Shown here: piece by piece, positions 44,335-52,482 of the stretch
Position numbering within the stretch: the first letter of the stretch is position 1
How the letters are laid out: each line of letters opens with the position of its first letter
Assembly (NCBI GenBank): GCA_021299465.1
Contig: JAJTHB010000022.1
Coordinates: forward strand, 25,256 to 89,255
Direction: 5' to 3'
DNA length: 64,000 nt
DNA from: Rickettsiales bacterium
GTDB lineage: Bacteria; Pseudomonadota; Alphaproteobacteria; Rickettsiales; SXRF01
Notes under the pieces: generated by a model
Seen by the model: only the letters and a program-made list of their open reading frames with translations
Told to the model about the DNA's origin: nothing
Database searches by the model: none
Translations under genes and position numbers: made by a program

Positions 44335-44883
44335 ATGTCTAGAAAAGTTAATAGTATTTTGTTAGCGGTTGCCTTTACAGCGTATGCGCAAACGGCAAAT
44401 GCACAATTTGAAGGGAATGTTTCTATTTCGGAAGGAGCTATTGAAAGTATCAAGGAGGAGCTTAAAAAACGTAATCATACCACTCATTTTGAAGCCGCCT
44501 CCTCTCTTCCAACAGATGAGGAACCGGTTCCCGTGGTATCAGCACTTCGCGGTCCATCTTCGGTAACGCTATCTATACCTTCGCATGGGCTGTTAGTTGA
44601 TGATGAATCTGAAATTGCTCCTGTAGCAGGCAATGAGGCTATTGTTGGGTGTAATTTCAGTGGGTTCCCAATCTTTAACTTGTCGTTTTCTGCCAGCTAT
44701 CTGGGCTATACTTTCCTAAGTCTTCAGGGGCCATATGCAGGTACTACGCCTTATGATCAATGCACGAGGCTCTCAAGAGATGTGTGTTATTTTCTAACAC
44801 AAGAGATTGGTGTGCCGCAGCCTTTAGCAGTTCGTAATACTGGAAATATTAGTAATCAAGTCCGTCAATGCGGGACATTCTAA
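44335..44883 (+). CDS. small secreted 4-Cys protein, paralog 2
   Basis: 182 aa with a GGAGA SD and a signal peptide ending ANA. It ends NQVRQCGTF. Confidence 0.6.
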   Translation: MSRKVNSILLAVAFTAYAQTANAQFEGNVSISEGAIESIKEELKKRNHTTHFEAASSLPTDEEPVPVVSALRGPSSVTLSIPSHGLLVDDESEIAPVAGNEAIVGCNFSGFPIFNLSFSASYLGYTFLSLQGPYAGTTPYDQCTRLSRDVCYFLTQEIGVPQPLAVRNTGNISNQVRQCGTF

Positions 44884-44904
44884 ACCTAGTTATCAATTAG
44901 AAAG

Positions 44905-44937
44905 ACAGCCCCTGTCTCCCCGGGGGCTGTTTTTTTT
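44905..44937 (+). terminator. rho-independent terminator
   Basis: ACAGCCCC...GGGGCTGT stem followed by TTTTTTT. Confidence 0.8.
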
Positions 44938-44982
44938 GTGCGGAGCGTTGCGTTTCGGCTTTTGTGACGCTACAAGGCGTGC

Positions 44983-46530
44983 ATGACCGATAAAATCCTT
45001 ATTCTTGATTTTGGTTCGCAGGTGACGCAGCTGATTGCGCGGCGTGTGCGCGAGGCCAATGTTTATTGCGAAATCAAACCCTATAACGCCTCCGAAAGTG
45101 AGATTAAAAACTTCGGCGCGAAGGGCATTATTTTATCCGGTGGCCCTGCTTCGGTGCACCAGTCTTTTTCGCCCACCATCTCGCCATCCATCTTTGAGAT
45201 GGGCGTGCCGGTGCTGGGCATCTGCTACGGCGAGCAGCTGATGTGTCAGCTACTCGGCGGCAAGGTTGAGGCTTCCGACAAGCGGGAATTTGGCCGCCAG
45301 ATGGTCGATATTGTGGATGATTGCCCGCTTTTTATGGGCGTGTGGGCAAAGGGCGAGCAGCGGCAGGTGTGGATGAGCCACGGCGATAAGGTGACCGCTT
45401 TGCCGGACGGCTTTCGTGCGGTTGCGCGCACGTTATCGGCGCCCTATGCCGCGATTGCGCATAACAGCAAGCCGTTTTACGGGGTGCAGTTCCACCCCGA
45501 AGTGGTGCATACGCTGGATGGCGCGCGGCTGCTTGCCAATTTTGTGCACAAAATCTGCGGCTGCGCAGCAAGCTGGACGATGGCTGCCTTCAAGCAAACC
45601 GCTATTGCGAGCGTGCGCGCGCAGGTGGGAAGTGGCCGCGTGATCTGCGGTGTTTCCGGCGGCGTGGATTCCTCGGTGGTGGCAGGACTTCTGCATGAGG
45701 CGATTGGCGAGCAGGTGGTGGCGATTTTTGTCAATACCGGCCTGCTGCGTGAGAATGAGCCAGAGCAGGTGGAGGCGCTGTTTCGTGACCATTTCAACAT
45801 GAAGCTGGTGCATGTGGATGCCAGCGCGCTGTTTCTTTCACGTCTGCACGGCATCACCGATCCAGAACGAAAACGCAAAATCATCGGCGAGACCTTTATC
45901 GAGGTGTTTGAGAAAGAAGCAGAAGAAGCAGGCGGCGCTGATTTTCTGGCGCAGGGTACGCTTTATCCCGATGTGATTGAATCCGTGTCATTTACCGGCG
46001 GGCCTTCGGTGACCATCAAATCGCACCATAATGTCGGCGGCCTGCCTGAGCGCATGAACATGAAGCTGGTTGAACCGCTTCGCGAACTCTTCAAGGATGA
46101 GGTGCGCGCGCTTGGCCGCGAGCTGGGTATGCCCGATGAGATGGTCGGCCGGCATCCGTTTCCCGGGCCTGGCCTTGCCGTTCGTATCCCGGGCGAAATC
46201 ACACCCGAAAAATGCGCCCTGCTTCGTAAGGCCGACGCGATTTACATTGATGAAATCAGGAAAGCCGGACTTTATAGCGAAATCTGGCAGGCTTTTGCCG
46301 TGCTGCTGCCGGTGAAAACCGTTGGCGTGATGGGCGATGCTCGCACCTATGATTATGTCTGCGCGCTGCGGGCGGTGACCTCCACCGACGGCATGACAGC
46401 GGATTATTACCATTTCAGCCATGATTTCCTGAGCCGTACGGCAAACCGCATCATCAACGAAGTGCGCGGTATTAACCGTATTGTGTATGATATAACCAGC
46501 AAACCCCCTGGGACGATTGAGTGGGAGTAA
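44983..46530 (+). CDS. guaA: glutamine-hydrolysing GMP synthase
   Basis: 515 aa. It has the GATase Cys in GICYGEQL and the ATP pyrophosphatase P-loop SGGVDSSV. Confidence 0.95.
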   Translation: MTDKILILDFGSQVTQLIARRVREANVYCEIKPYNASESEIKNFGAKGIILSGGPASVHQSFSPTISPSIFEMGVPVLGICYGEQLMCQLLGGKVEASDKREFGRQMVDIVDDCPLFMGVWAKGEQRQVWMSHGDKVTALPDGFRAVARTLSAPYAAIAHNSKPFYGVQFHPEVVHTLDGARLLANFVHKICGCAASWTMAAFKQTAIASVRAQVGSGRVICGVSGGVDSSVVAGLLHEAIGEQVVAIFVNTGLLRENEPEQVEALFRDHFNMKLVHVDASALFLSRLHGITDPERKRKIIGETFIEVFEKEAEEAGGADFLAQGTLYPDVIESVSFTGGPSVTIKSHHNVGGLPERMNMKLVEPLRELFKDEVRALGRELGMPDEMVGRHPFPGPGLAVRIPGEITPEKCALLRKADAIYIDEIRKAGLYSEIWQAFAVLLPVKTVGVMGDARTYDYVCALRAVTSTDGMTADYYHFSHDFLSRTANRIINEVRGINRIVYDITSKPPGTIEWE

Positions 46531-46534
46531 AGTT

Positions 46535-46604
46535 GTGCCTAGTGCCTTGTGCTTAGTGCGTTGTAGCGCTATGACTAAGCACAAAGCACCAATTACGAGG
46601 CACC
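46535..46604. repeat. heptamer-array palindrome (intergenic)
   Basis: The left arm is GTGCCTA GTGCCTT GTGCTTA GTGCGTT. The right arm is CTAAGCAC AAAGCAC ... GAGGCAC. It lies between guaA and the yfgM-like gene. Confidence 0.75.
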
Positions 46605-46610
46605 TATCCT

Positions 46611-47240
46611 ATGAACGAATTATTACGCGAAATTGAAGACGATATCCGCGCTGAACGTGTCCAGAATTTCTGGAGCAAATTCGGGCGGCAGGCCGTGTGG
46701 GTCAGTGTCGCGATTGTTGCGGGCACGGCCGCAGGCATCTTATGGCGTGAATGGCAGCAAAGCAAAGCCGCCAGCGAAACCAACCTGCTGATTGCAGGCA
46801 GCCAAAAACTAGACAGTGGGGACTACAAAGGTGCCATTGAAAGTTTTAACAAGATCCCAGTTAGCGAAAGCTCGGCGCGCTATGCGATGAGCCTGCTGAA
46901 AAAAGCTGATGCCGAGCGAGCCAGTGGCGATAGCGCGGCGGCAGAAAAAACACTGGAACTGCTCGCCTCGATGAAGCGTAGCAGCGAGGTTGCCCTCTTT
47001 GTCGATCTGGCGCGAGTATCCTCGGCGGATACCAGCAGGCCGATCGATAAAGACTCGCCTTTAGCTCTCACGCTGGCCGAAAAGAAAGCATGGGCGCTGG
47101 CCGCTGAAGGCAAAAACGATGAAGCAGCGAATTATTTTGGGGCCCTCTACCATGATCCGAAAACCTCGCCTTCGATGCGTGCGCGGGTGCGTCTCGCGCT
47201 GCAAAGCATGGCGCCGGAGAAATTATCGAGCGAGAAATAA
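46611..47240 (+). CDS. YfgM-like membrane-anchored TPR-like protein
   Basis: 209 aa with one N-terminal TM helix after a charged leader. It holds the conserved position upstream of bamB-der. Confidence 0.7.
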   Translation: MNELLREIEDDIRAERVQNFWSKFGRQAVWVSVAIVAGTAAGILWREWQQSKAASETNLLIAGSQKLDSGDYKGAIESFNKIPVSESSARYAMSLLKKADAERASGDSAAAEKTLELLASMKRSSEVALFVDLARVSSADTSRPIDKDSPLALTLAEKKAWALAAEGKNDEAANYFGALYHDPKTSPSMRARVRLALQSMAPEKLSSEK

Positions 47241-47241
47241 T

Positions 47242-48573
47242 ATGACGATTCGCCGCGCTATCCTGCCACTCGTTTTGCTCGTAGCACTTTCTGGGTGTGA
47301 TTACCTGCCAAGCTGGCTTGGTGGTAAAGAGCCAGAGGTTGTGCGCCTGCCGGGTGATCGGCAAGTGGTCATGCCAGCGGCTACAGAGCTGCAGGCCGAT
47401 GAGACGCTGAAGGCGCTGCCGGTTGCAGTTCCAGCCGTTAATCCTAATGGCGAATGGCCGCAACATAGCGGTCAGTTTGATGCAGCTGGCGGTAATTTGG
47501 CCGGTGGTGATTTCGCATCCGAAACGAATGATAAAGCTGGCGACGGATCGTCCTTCGAGCGACCACTCGTGCCAAGGCCGGTGGTTGGTGGCGGGCTGGT
47601 CTTTGCGATGGATAGCGAGGGGCGTATTTCTGCCCATGATGTCGCCAATATTGATAGCAAACGATTTGTATCTGAAGCACTGGTGGATGATGATGAAGAT
47701 ATCAATGGCGGCGGACTCGCGTACGAGAGTGGCAGGCTTTATGCAGTTTCAGGGCGCGGCATGGTCGCGGCGATTGATGCAGCCAGCGGCCAGACCATAT
47801 GGAAAAAAACCGGATTTGCCCCGTTTCGATCAAGCCCGAAAGTAGCGGCTGGCAAGCTGTATGCGATTACCCTCGATAGCCAGCTTTTTGCGCTCGACGC
47901 TGCAAATGGCGAAACACTCTGGACGCATCGCGGTATCGATGAAACGGCGGCGTTCCTTCATTCGGTTTCGCCAACGGCGGCTGGCGGCACGCTGCTCGTG
48001 CCTTATGAATCAGGCGAAATTTATGCGCTCGCAACCAGCGATGGCAGGGAGCTGTGGAGTGGTTCGCTGGCGCTTAGCAGCCGCACGCAAGCGACCAATA
48101 TTTTCTCGGGTGTCGGCGGTGATCCGGTGGTGGATGGCGATGTCGTGTTTGCAGTCTCCAGCGGCGGGCTCCTTGCAGCTTACGGTATTCCGCTCGGCCA
48201 GCGCTTATGGGAAAAGCCAATTTCCTCGATGACCACGCCCTGGCTCGCTGGAGATTTTCTTTATGTGCTCGCCAGCGACAACACGCTGCTGGCACTGGTG
48301 AAATATGATGGCCGCGTGCGCTGGGCGACTAAACTTCCCAGCTTTGAAGATGAAGAGAAGAAGCGCCGCCCTATATTCTGGCGCGGGCCTGTGATGGCAG
48401 GCGGTAAACTTTACCTTGCAGGCTCGCGTGGACAAATGAAGGTGGTAAATAGCGCCGATGGCTTAATCGCCGGCGATATTGATATTCCGGATGATGTGCT
48501 GACCTCGCCGGTTATCGCCGGTGGCACGATGTTTCTCGTGACGCAGGATGCCCAGCTGGTAGCGCTTAGATAA
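47242..48573 (+). CDS. bamB: outer membrane protein assembly factor BamB
   Basis: ATG 47242 (MTIRRAILPLVLLVALSGC lipobox) is preferred over 47119. It has PQQ-like beta-propeller repeats. Confidence 0.85.
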   Translation: MTIRRAILPLVLLVALSGCDYLPSWLGGKEPEVVRLPGDRQVVMPAATELQADETLKALPVAVPAVNPNGEWPQHSGQFDAAGGNLAGGDFASETNDKAGDGSSFERPLVPRPVVGGGLVFAMDSEGRISAHDVANIDSKRFVSEALVDDDEDINGGGLAYESGRLYAVSGRGMVAAIDAASGQTIWKKTGFAPFRSSPKVAAGKLYAITLDSQLFALDAANGETLWTHRGIDETAAFLHSVSPTAAGGTLLVPYESGEIYALATSDGRELWSGSLALSSRTQATNIFSGVGGDPVVDGDVVFAVSSGGLLAAYGIPLGQRLWEKPISSMTTPWLAGDFLYVLASDNTLLALVKYDGRVRWATKLPSFEDEEKKRRPIFWRGPVMAGGKLYLAGSRGQMKVVNSADGLIAGDIDIPDDVLTSPVIAGGTMFLVTQDAQLVALR

Positions 48574-48575
48574 CC

Positions 48576-49949
48576 ATGACCTTTACCCTCGCCATTATCG
48601 GTCGTCCGAATGTCGGCAAGTCCACGCTCTATAACCGCCTGACCGGAAGGCGCTCGGCGATTGTCGATGATATGCCGGGTGTGACGCGTGATGTGCGGCG
48701 CGGCAAGGGCAATCTTGGTGGGCTTGAATTTGATGTGCTCGATACGGCGGGGCTTGATGAGGCTAAAGAAGGCACGCTGGCCAGCCGCATGACGGCGCTT
48801 TCGCAGCAGGCGATAGCGCAGTGTGATGTGGCGCTTATGCTGGTGGATGGCCGCGCCGGCATCACGCCAACGGATGAGCATTTCGCCCGCTGGCTCAGGA
48901 AGCAGAAAAAACCAGTCATTCTCTGCGTGAACAAGGCCGAGGGGAAAGCCGGTGATCTTGCCCTTGCTGAAGCGAACCGGCTTGGCCTCGGCGAACCAAT
49001 CGCCATTTCCGCGGAACATGGTGAGGGGATGGGAGAGCTGTTTGAGGCCTTATCAGGCATTAGGGATTTGGCATTAGGGATTAGAGAAGAGGGCAGTGAT
49101 AACCCTAATCCCCAATCCCTAATGCCTAATCCCCCCCTGCAAATCGCCATCATCGGCCGGCCGAACGCTGGTAAATCGACCTTGTTTAACCAGATTCTCG
49201 GCGAAGAGCGTACGCTCACCGGCCCGGAAGCGGGTATCACGCGCGATGCGATTATGGTGGAAACCAGCTTTGAAGGCAAAACCATCCGGCTCGTGGATAC
49301 GGCGGGGATGCGTAAAAAAGCCAACGTTACCGGCAAGGTGGAAAAGCTCGCGGTGGCCGATAGCATCGATACGCTGCAATTCGCCCATGTGGTGATTTTG
49401 CTGCTGGATGCCACGCAGCCCCTCGAAAAGCAGGATAATGCGCTGGCGGCGCTCGTCGAGCAGGAAGGTCGCGCGCTGGTGATCGCGGTGAATAAATGGG
49501 ACCTGATTGATGATAAGATGGCTTATATCAAAGCCATTCACCAGCGCTTAGAGAAAGTATTGCCGCAGGTGAAGGGCGTGCCGGTGGTGCCGGTTTCCGG
49601 GCTTACCGGCCATAATATCGATAAGCTGCTTCGCGCCTGCTTTAAGATGTATGAATTATGGAACACCGAGCTTTCCACTGGCCAGCTGAACCGCTGGCTC
49701 ACGGCCGCGCTGGAAGAATATACCCCGCCGCTGGTTTCCGGCCGGCGCATTAAAATCCGCTACATGACCCAGAAAACAGCAAGGCCGCCGACCTTCATTT
49801 TATTTTCCAATATGGGAGAAAGCGAAATTCCCGAAAGTTACCAGCGCTACCTCGGCAATTCCATGCGTGAGGCGTTTGACCTGCCGGGCGTGCCGATTCG
49901 TTTGCGCGTGAGGAAGAATAAGAATCCGTATGCGGAGAACGAAAACTAG
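48576..49949 (+). CDS. der: ribosome-associated GTPase Der (EngA)
   Basis: 457 aa with two G domains (GRPNVGKST and GRPNAGKST P-loops) and a KH-like C-terminus. Confidence 0.9.
   Translation: MTFTLAIIGRPNVGKSTLYNRLTGRRSAIVDDMPGVTRDVRRGKGNLGGLEFDVLDTAGLDEAKEGTLASRMTALSQQAIAQCDVALMLVDGRAGITPTDEHFARWLRKQKKPVILCVNKAEGKAGDLALAEANRLGLGEPIAISAEHGEGMGELFEALSGIRDLALGIREEGSDNPNPQSLMPNPPLQIAIIGRPNAGKSTLFNQILGEERTLTGPEAGITRDAIMVETSFEGKTIRLVDTAGMRKKANVTGKVEKLAVADSIDTLQFAHVVILLLDATQPLEKQDNALAALVEQEGRALVIAVNKWDLIDDKMAYIKAIHQRLEKVLPQVKGVPVVPVSGLTGHNIDKLLRACFKMYELWNTELSTGQLNRWLTAALEEYTPPLVSGRRIKIRYMTQKTARPPTFILFSNMGESEIPESYQRYLGNSMREAFDLPGVPIRLRVRKNKNPYAENEN
49055..49135. repeat. heptamer-array palindrome inside the der inter-domain linker
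   Basis: The left arm is AGGCATTAGGGATTTGGCATTAGGGATTAG. The right arm is CCCTAATCCCCAATCCCTAATGCCTAATCCCC. It is translated in frame as SGIRDLALGIREEGSDNPNPQSLMPNPP. Confidence 0.85.
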
Positions 49950-50155
49950 CTTCTTATGCTTCTCCCCGGCGGGGAGCCGCCTGCGTTCTTGCGAACTTCG
50001 GCGAGCCTGTGTGCCTTGCCTCGCCATAGCGTATTCGGAGGCGGGAAGGGCGGGATGAGTGGGTGGTTCAAGGATAAACTAAACATTTTACCCCCTCAAC
50101 CTAACCCTCTCCCCGTTGGGGAGAGGGAATAGGCGCAAGAATAAGAATCCTTATG
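49914..50155. repeat. 19-bp imperfect direct repeats flanking a hairpin-rich insert at the der 3' end
   Basis: AAGAATAAGAATCCGTATG (49914-49932) matches AAGAATAAGAATCCTTATG (50137-50155). The insert contains CTCCCCGGCGGGGAG and CCCTCTCCCC-GTT-GGGGAGAGGG hairpins. Confidence 0.75.
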
Positions 50156-50202
50156 TGGGTGAGGGGAGAGCGACTCGTAGGTGCAGACAGAAAGAAATCC
50201 AA

Positions 50203-50694
50203 TTATTCCAGTTTAATATGGCCTGCATTCTCAGTTCTTCTTAGTAGCTCTCTTTTTGCTCTTGGAGTAATTCCAGCGGATTTCAATCCGTCACTCAAAG
50301 CCTGTGCTAAATCATTAGGCGATTCCTTAAGTCCTGATGCAACAATAGCAGCAGCGATTTCTTCTTTAAGGTAAGCGCGTCTGCACTGATTAGCTATGTC
50401 CGGATTATTTTTGAACGGTAGTAGTAACCGAGACATTCCGAATTCGTTGGGTTCTGCAATTTCAGCAACGATACCATGTGATGCAAGGCGTTCAATCAGG
50501 GGCTCTTGTTTATAGAAATGAGTGTCTAAAAGTAATCCCCCGACATCTGGCCTAACCCATTTGCCATTGCTATCCTGCTCCTTGACAACAAAAGTGGGGT
50601 AAGTTCTGTTTCCTAAAAAGACACTTGCAATAAATTCCTCATCATCTTCAGTGACAATTGGCATACTTTTTTGACCGGTACTTTTGGCTGTCAT
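50203..50694 (-). CDS. hypothetical protein (orphan)
   Basis: 163-aa ORF in an AT-richer patch. It is preceded by the conserved promoter-like motif at 50747-50778. Confidence 0.55.
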   Translation of the reverse strand: MTAKSTGQKSMPIVTEDDEEFIASVFLGNRTYPTFVVKEQDSNGKWVRPDVGGLLLDTHFYKQEPLIERLASHGIVAEIAEPNEFGMSRLLLPFKNNPDIANQCRRAYLKEEIAAAIVASGLKESPNDLAQALSDGLKSAGITPRAKRELLRRTENAGHIKLE

Positions 50695-50746
50695 AATTTT
50701 CTCATCTTAATTGAAACTCTTTCTATTATTGCCCAAATCTTAACAA

Positions 50747-50778
50747 ATGGGGGGGGTAAACAAGCCGGGTTTTGTGAA
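50747..50778 (-). promoter_or_regulatory. conserved promoter-like motif (copy 2)
   Basis: The minus-strand sense reads CCGGCTTGTTTACCCCCCCCATTTGTTAAGAT, about 52 nt upstream of ATG 50694. It aligns with 27626-27657 with 3 substitutions and 1 indel. Confidence 0.45.
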
Positions 50779-50866
50779 GTTTTGGTGACAGCTGCGGGTT
50801 ATTTAGTCTTGCGAAAAGTGCCTGAAACCCATATAATAGCTCCTATTAGAACCTAATAGGATTTTT

Positions 50867-51109
50867 ATGGAAACGCTTTCTTTTCAAGCACCTAGCGAGC
50901 TTAAAGCCAAACTTGAGCATTTTGCCAAAGAGATGGATCGCAGCAAGGCGTACCTCATTCGGCAGGCACTGGAGGAATATCTCAATGAACGTAAAGCCTG
51001 GAGCGAGCTGGGTGAGTTCATGGCACCACGTATTGCGGCAGCGAAGCGAGGCGATATACTTAATGAGGATTTTGATACGATCATCGCTCAGGCAGACGCG
51101 AAAAAATGA
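50867..51109 (+). CDS. ribbon-helix-helix antitoxin (CopG/ParD-like)
   Basis: 80 aa. The RHH-type segment is LSFQAPSELKAKLEHFAKEMDRSKAYLIRQALEEYL. 4-nt overlap with the parE-like gene. Confidence 0.75.
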   Translation: METLSFQAPSELKAKLEHFAKEMDRSKAYLIRQALEEYLNERKAWSELGEFMAPRIAAAKRGDILNEDFDTIIAQADAKK

Positions 51110-51426
51110 GTCCTAAACTTACGCTTCGCCTCACGTCGCAGGCCAAAGCGGATCTACAGTCCATCTGGCGCTACACTATTGAGACATGGTCAAATGATCA
51201 GGCAAATCGCTATGTCGATTCTATCAAGCAGGCCTGCTTACAGCTCATGCATCATCCTGCGCTTGGGCGGCGCCTGATAGAAATCGACCCGGGTTTGCGC
51301 GTCTATCGCTTGCAGCATCACTTTATTTTTTATCTGGAGGATAGAAGCGGCGTGATTTTTATTGCATTCCTCCATGAACGGATGGACATAGTGAACCGGC
51401 TTATTCACCGTTTGGAACAACCATGA
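51106..51426 (+). CDS. parE: ParE/RelE-superfamily toxin
   Basis: 106 aa with LTSQAKADLQSIWRYTIETW at the N-terminus and IAFLHERMD at the C-terminus, typical of ParE. Confidence 0.8.
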   Translation: MSPKLTLRLTSQAKADLQSIWRYTIETWSNDQANRYVDSIKQACLQLMHHPALGRRLIEIDPGLRVYRLQHHFIFYLEDRSGVIFIAFLHERMDIVNRLIHRLEQP

Positions 51427-52352
51427 CCCCCGCGATTGAAATCACGAACCTCAAAAAAACCTATCCTGGCAGCAAGAAGATGCCGCCGAAGGAGGCCTTG
51501 AAGGGCGTGAGCCTGAGTGTACCGCGCGGCTCGTTTTTTGGGCTGCTGGGGCCTAATGGCGCCGGTAAATCCACCATGATCAACATCATGGCTGGCCTCG
51601 TGCTGAAAACTTCCGGCGAGGTGAAAATCTGCGGCCACGATATTATCACCGACATGCGCGCGGCGCGCAGCGCGCTCGGCGTCGTGCCGCAGGAACTCAT
51701 TTTAGATACGTTCTTCACCGTGCGCGAGGCGCTGGATATCCATGCCGGTTATTACGGTGTGCCAAAGGCGAAGCGCCGCACGCAGGAAATCATCGATGCG
51801 ATGGGGCTTTCGGATAAGGCCGACGTGCCGTCGCGCCGCCTGTCAGGCGGGATGCGCAGGCGATTACTGGTGGCCAAAGCGCTGGTGCATAGTCCTGAGG
51901 TGCTGATTCTTGATGAGCCGACCGCGGGGGTGGATGTGGAGCTGCGCACCCAGCTGTGGGATTATGTCAAAGAGCTGAACCGAAATGGAACTACCGTGCT
52001 GCTCACCACCCATTACCTCGAAGAAGCACAGGAACTGTGTGATACCATCGCGGTGATTAATCACGGCGAGGTGGTGGCGTATGACAGCAAAGCGAACATG
52101 CTGAAGATGATGGATAGCAAGCAGCTGGTGCTGACACTTTCTGAGAAGCTGGCGCAGGCGCCACAGGCGCTTTCCATGTGGCAACCACAGATGGATGCGG
52201 AGGGCAAGCTGGTGCTGACCTACAAACCGAGCAAAGAATCGCTTCAGGATATTTTGGACGCGGTGCATGGCGCTGGCTTGGTTGTGCGCGATATCACCAC
52301 TCGCGAAGCGGATCTCGAAGATGTGTTTGTTCATCTAACTCATGCTGCTTAG
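51423..52352 (+). CDS. ABC transporter ATP-binding protein (ABC-2/YadG-like)
   Basis: 309 aa. It has Walker A GPNGAGKST, signature LSGGMRRRL and Walker B LILDEPTAGVD. ATGA overlap with the parE stop. No permease gene follows. Confidence 0.9.
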   Translation: MTPAIEITNLKKTYPGSKKMPPKEALKGVSLSVPRGSFFGLLGPNGAGKSTMINIMAGLVLKTSGEVKICGHDIITDMRAARSALGVVPQELILDTFFTVREALDIHAGYYGVPKAKRRTQEIIDAMGLSDKADVPSRRLSGGMRRRLLVAKALVHSPEVLILDEPTAGVDVELRTQLWDYVKELNRNGTTVLLTTHYLEEAQELCDTIAVINHGEVVAYDSKANMLKMMDSKQLVLTLSEKLAQAPQALSMWQPQMDAEGKLVLTYKPSKESLQDILDAVHGAGLVVRDITTREADLEDVFVHLTHAA

Positions 52353-52355
52353 CGG

Positions 52356-52468
52356 GCGAATTCTGGCGGATGATCTGCTTGTCATGTTCGTGCTCGAATC
52401 CTCATGTAGCGCTGCTACACTGCGGTTCTACGCGCGCCCATTTCGCGCGCTCATCTCGCCATAATCGC
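52356..52468 (+). repeat. long-hairpin element, copy E5 (diverged)
   Basis: It starts 4 nt after the ABC gene stop. The outer arms are GCGAATTCTGGCGGATGA and TCATCTCGCCATAATCGC. The centre is CATGTAGCGCTGCTACA. Confidence 0.6.
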
Positions 52469-52482
52469 CCTTTGGAAAACCC

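Noticed and set aside
47119-47241. Extended ORF-track starts for bamB (47119), the EamA permease (34788), purM (40089), amt (32962) and the 7907 gene (9079).
   Set aside because: The internal ATGs give proper signal peptides, lipoboxes or conserved N-termini and SD sequences. They also avoid overlap with neighbouring genes.
49055-49135. TTAGGG/CCCTAA strings resembling eukaryotic telomere repeats.
   Set aside because: They occur only as part of one heptamer-array palindrome. Sister elements use unrelated heptamers, so the match is most likely coincidental.
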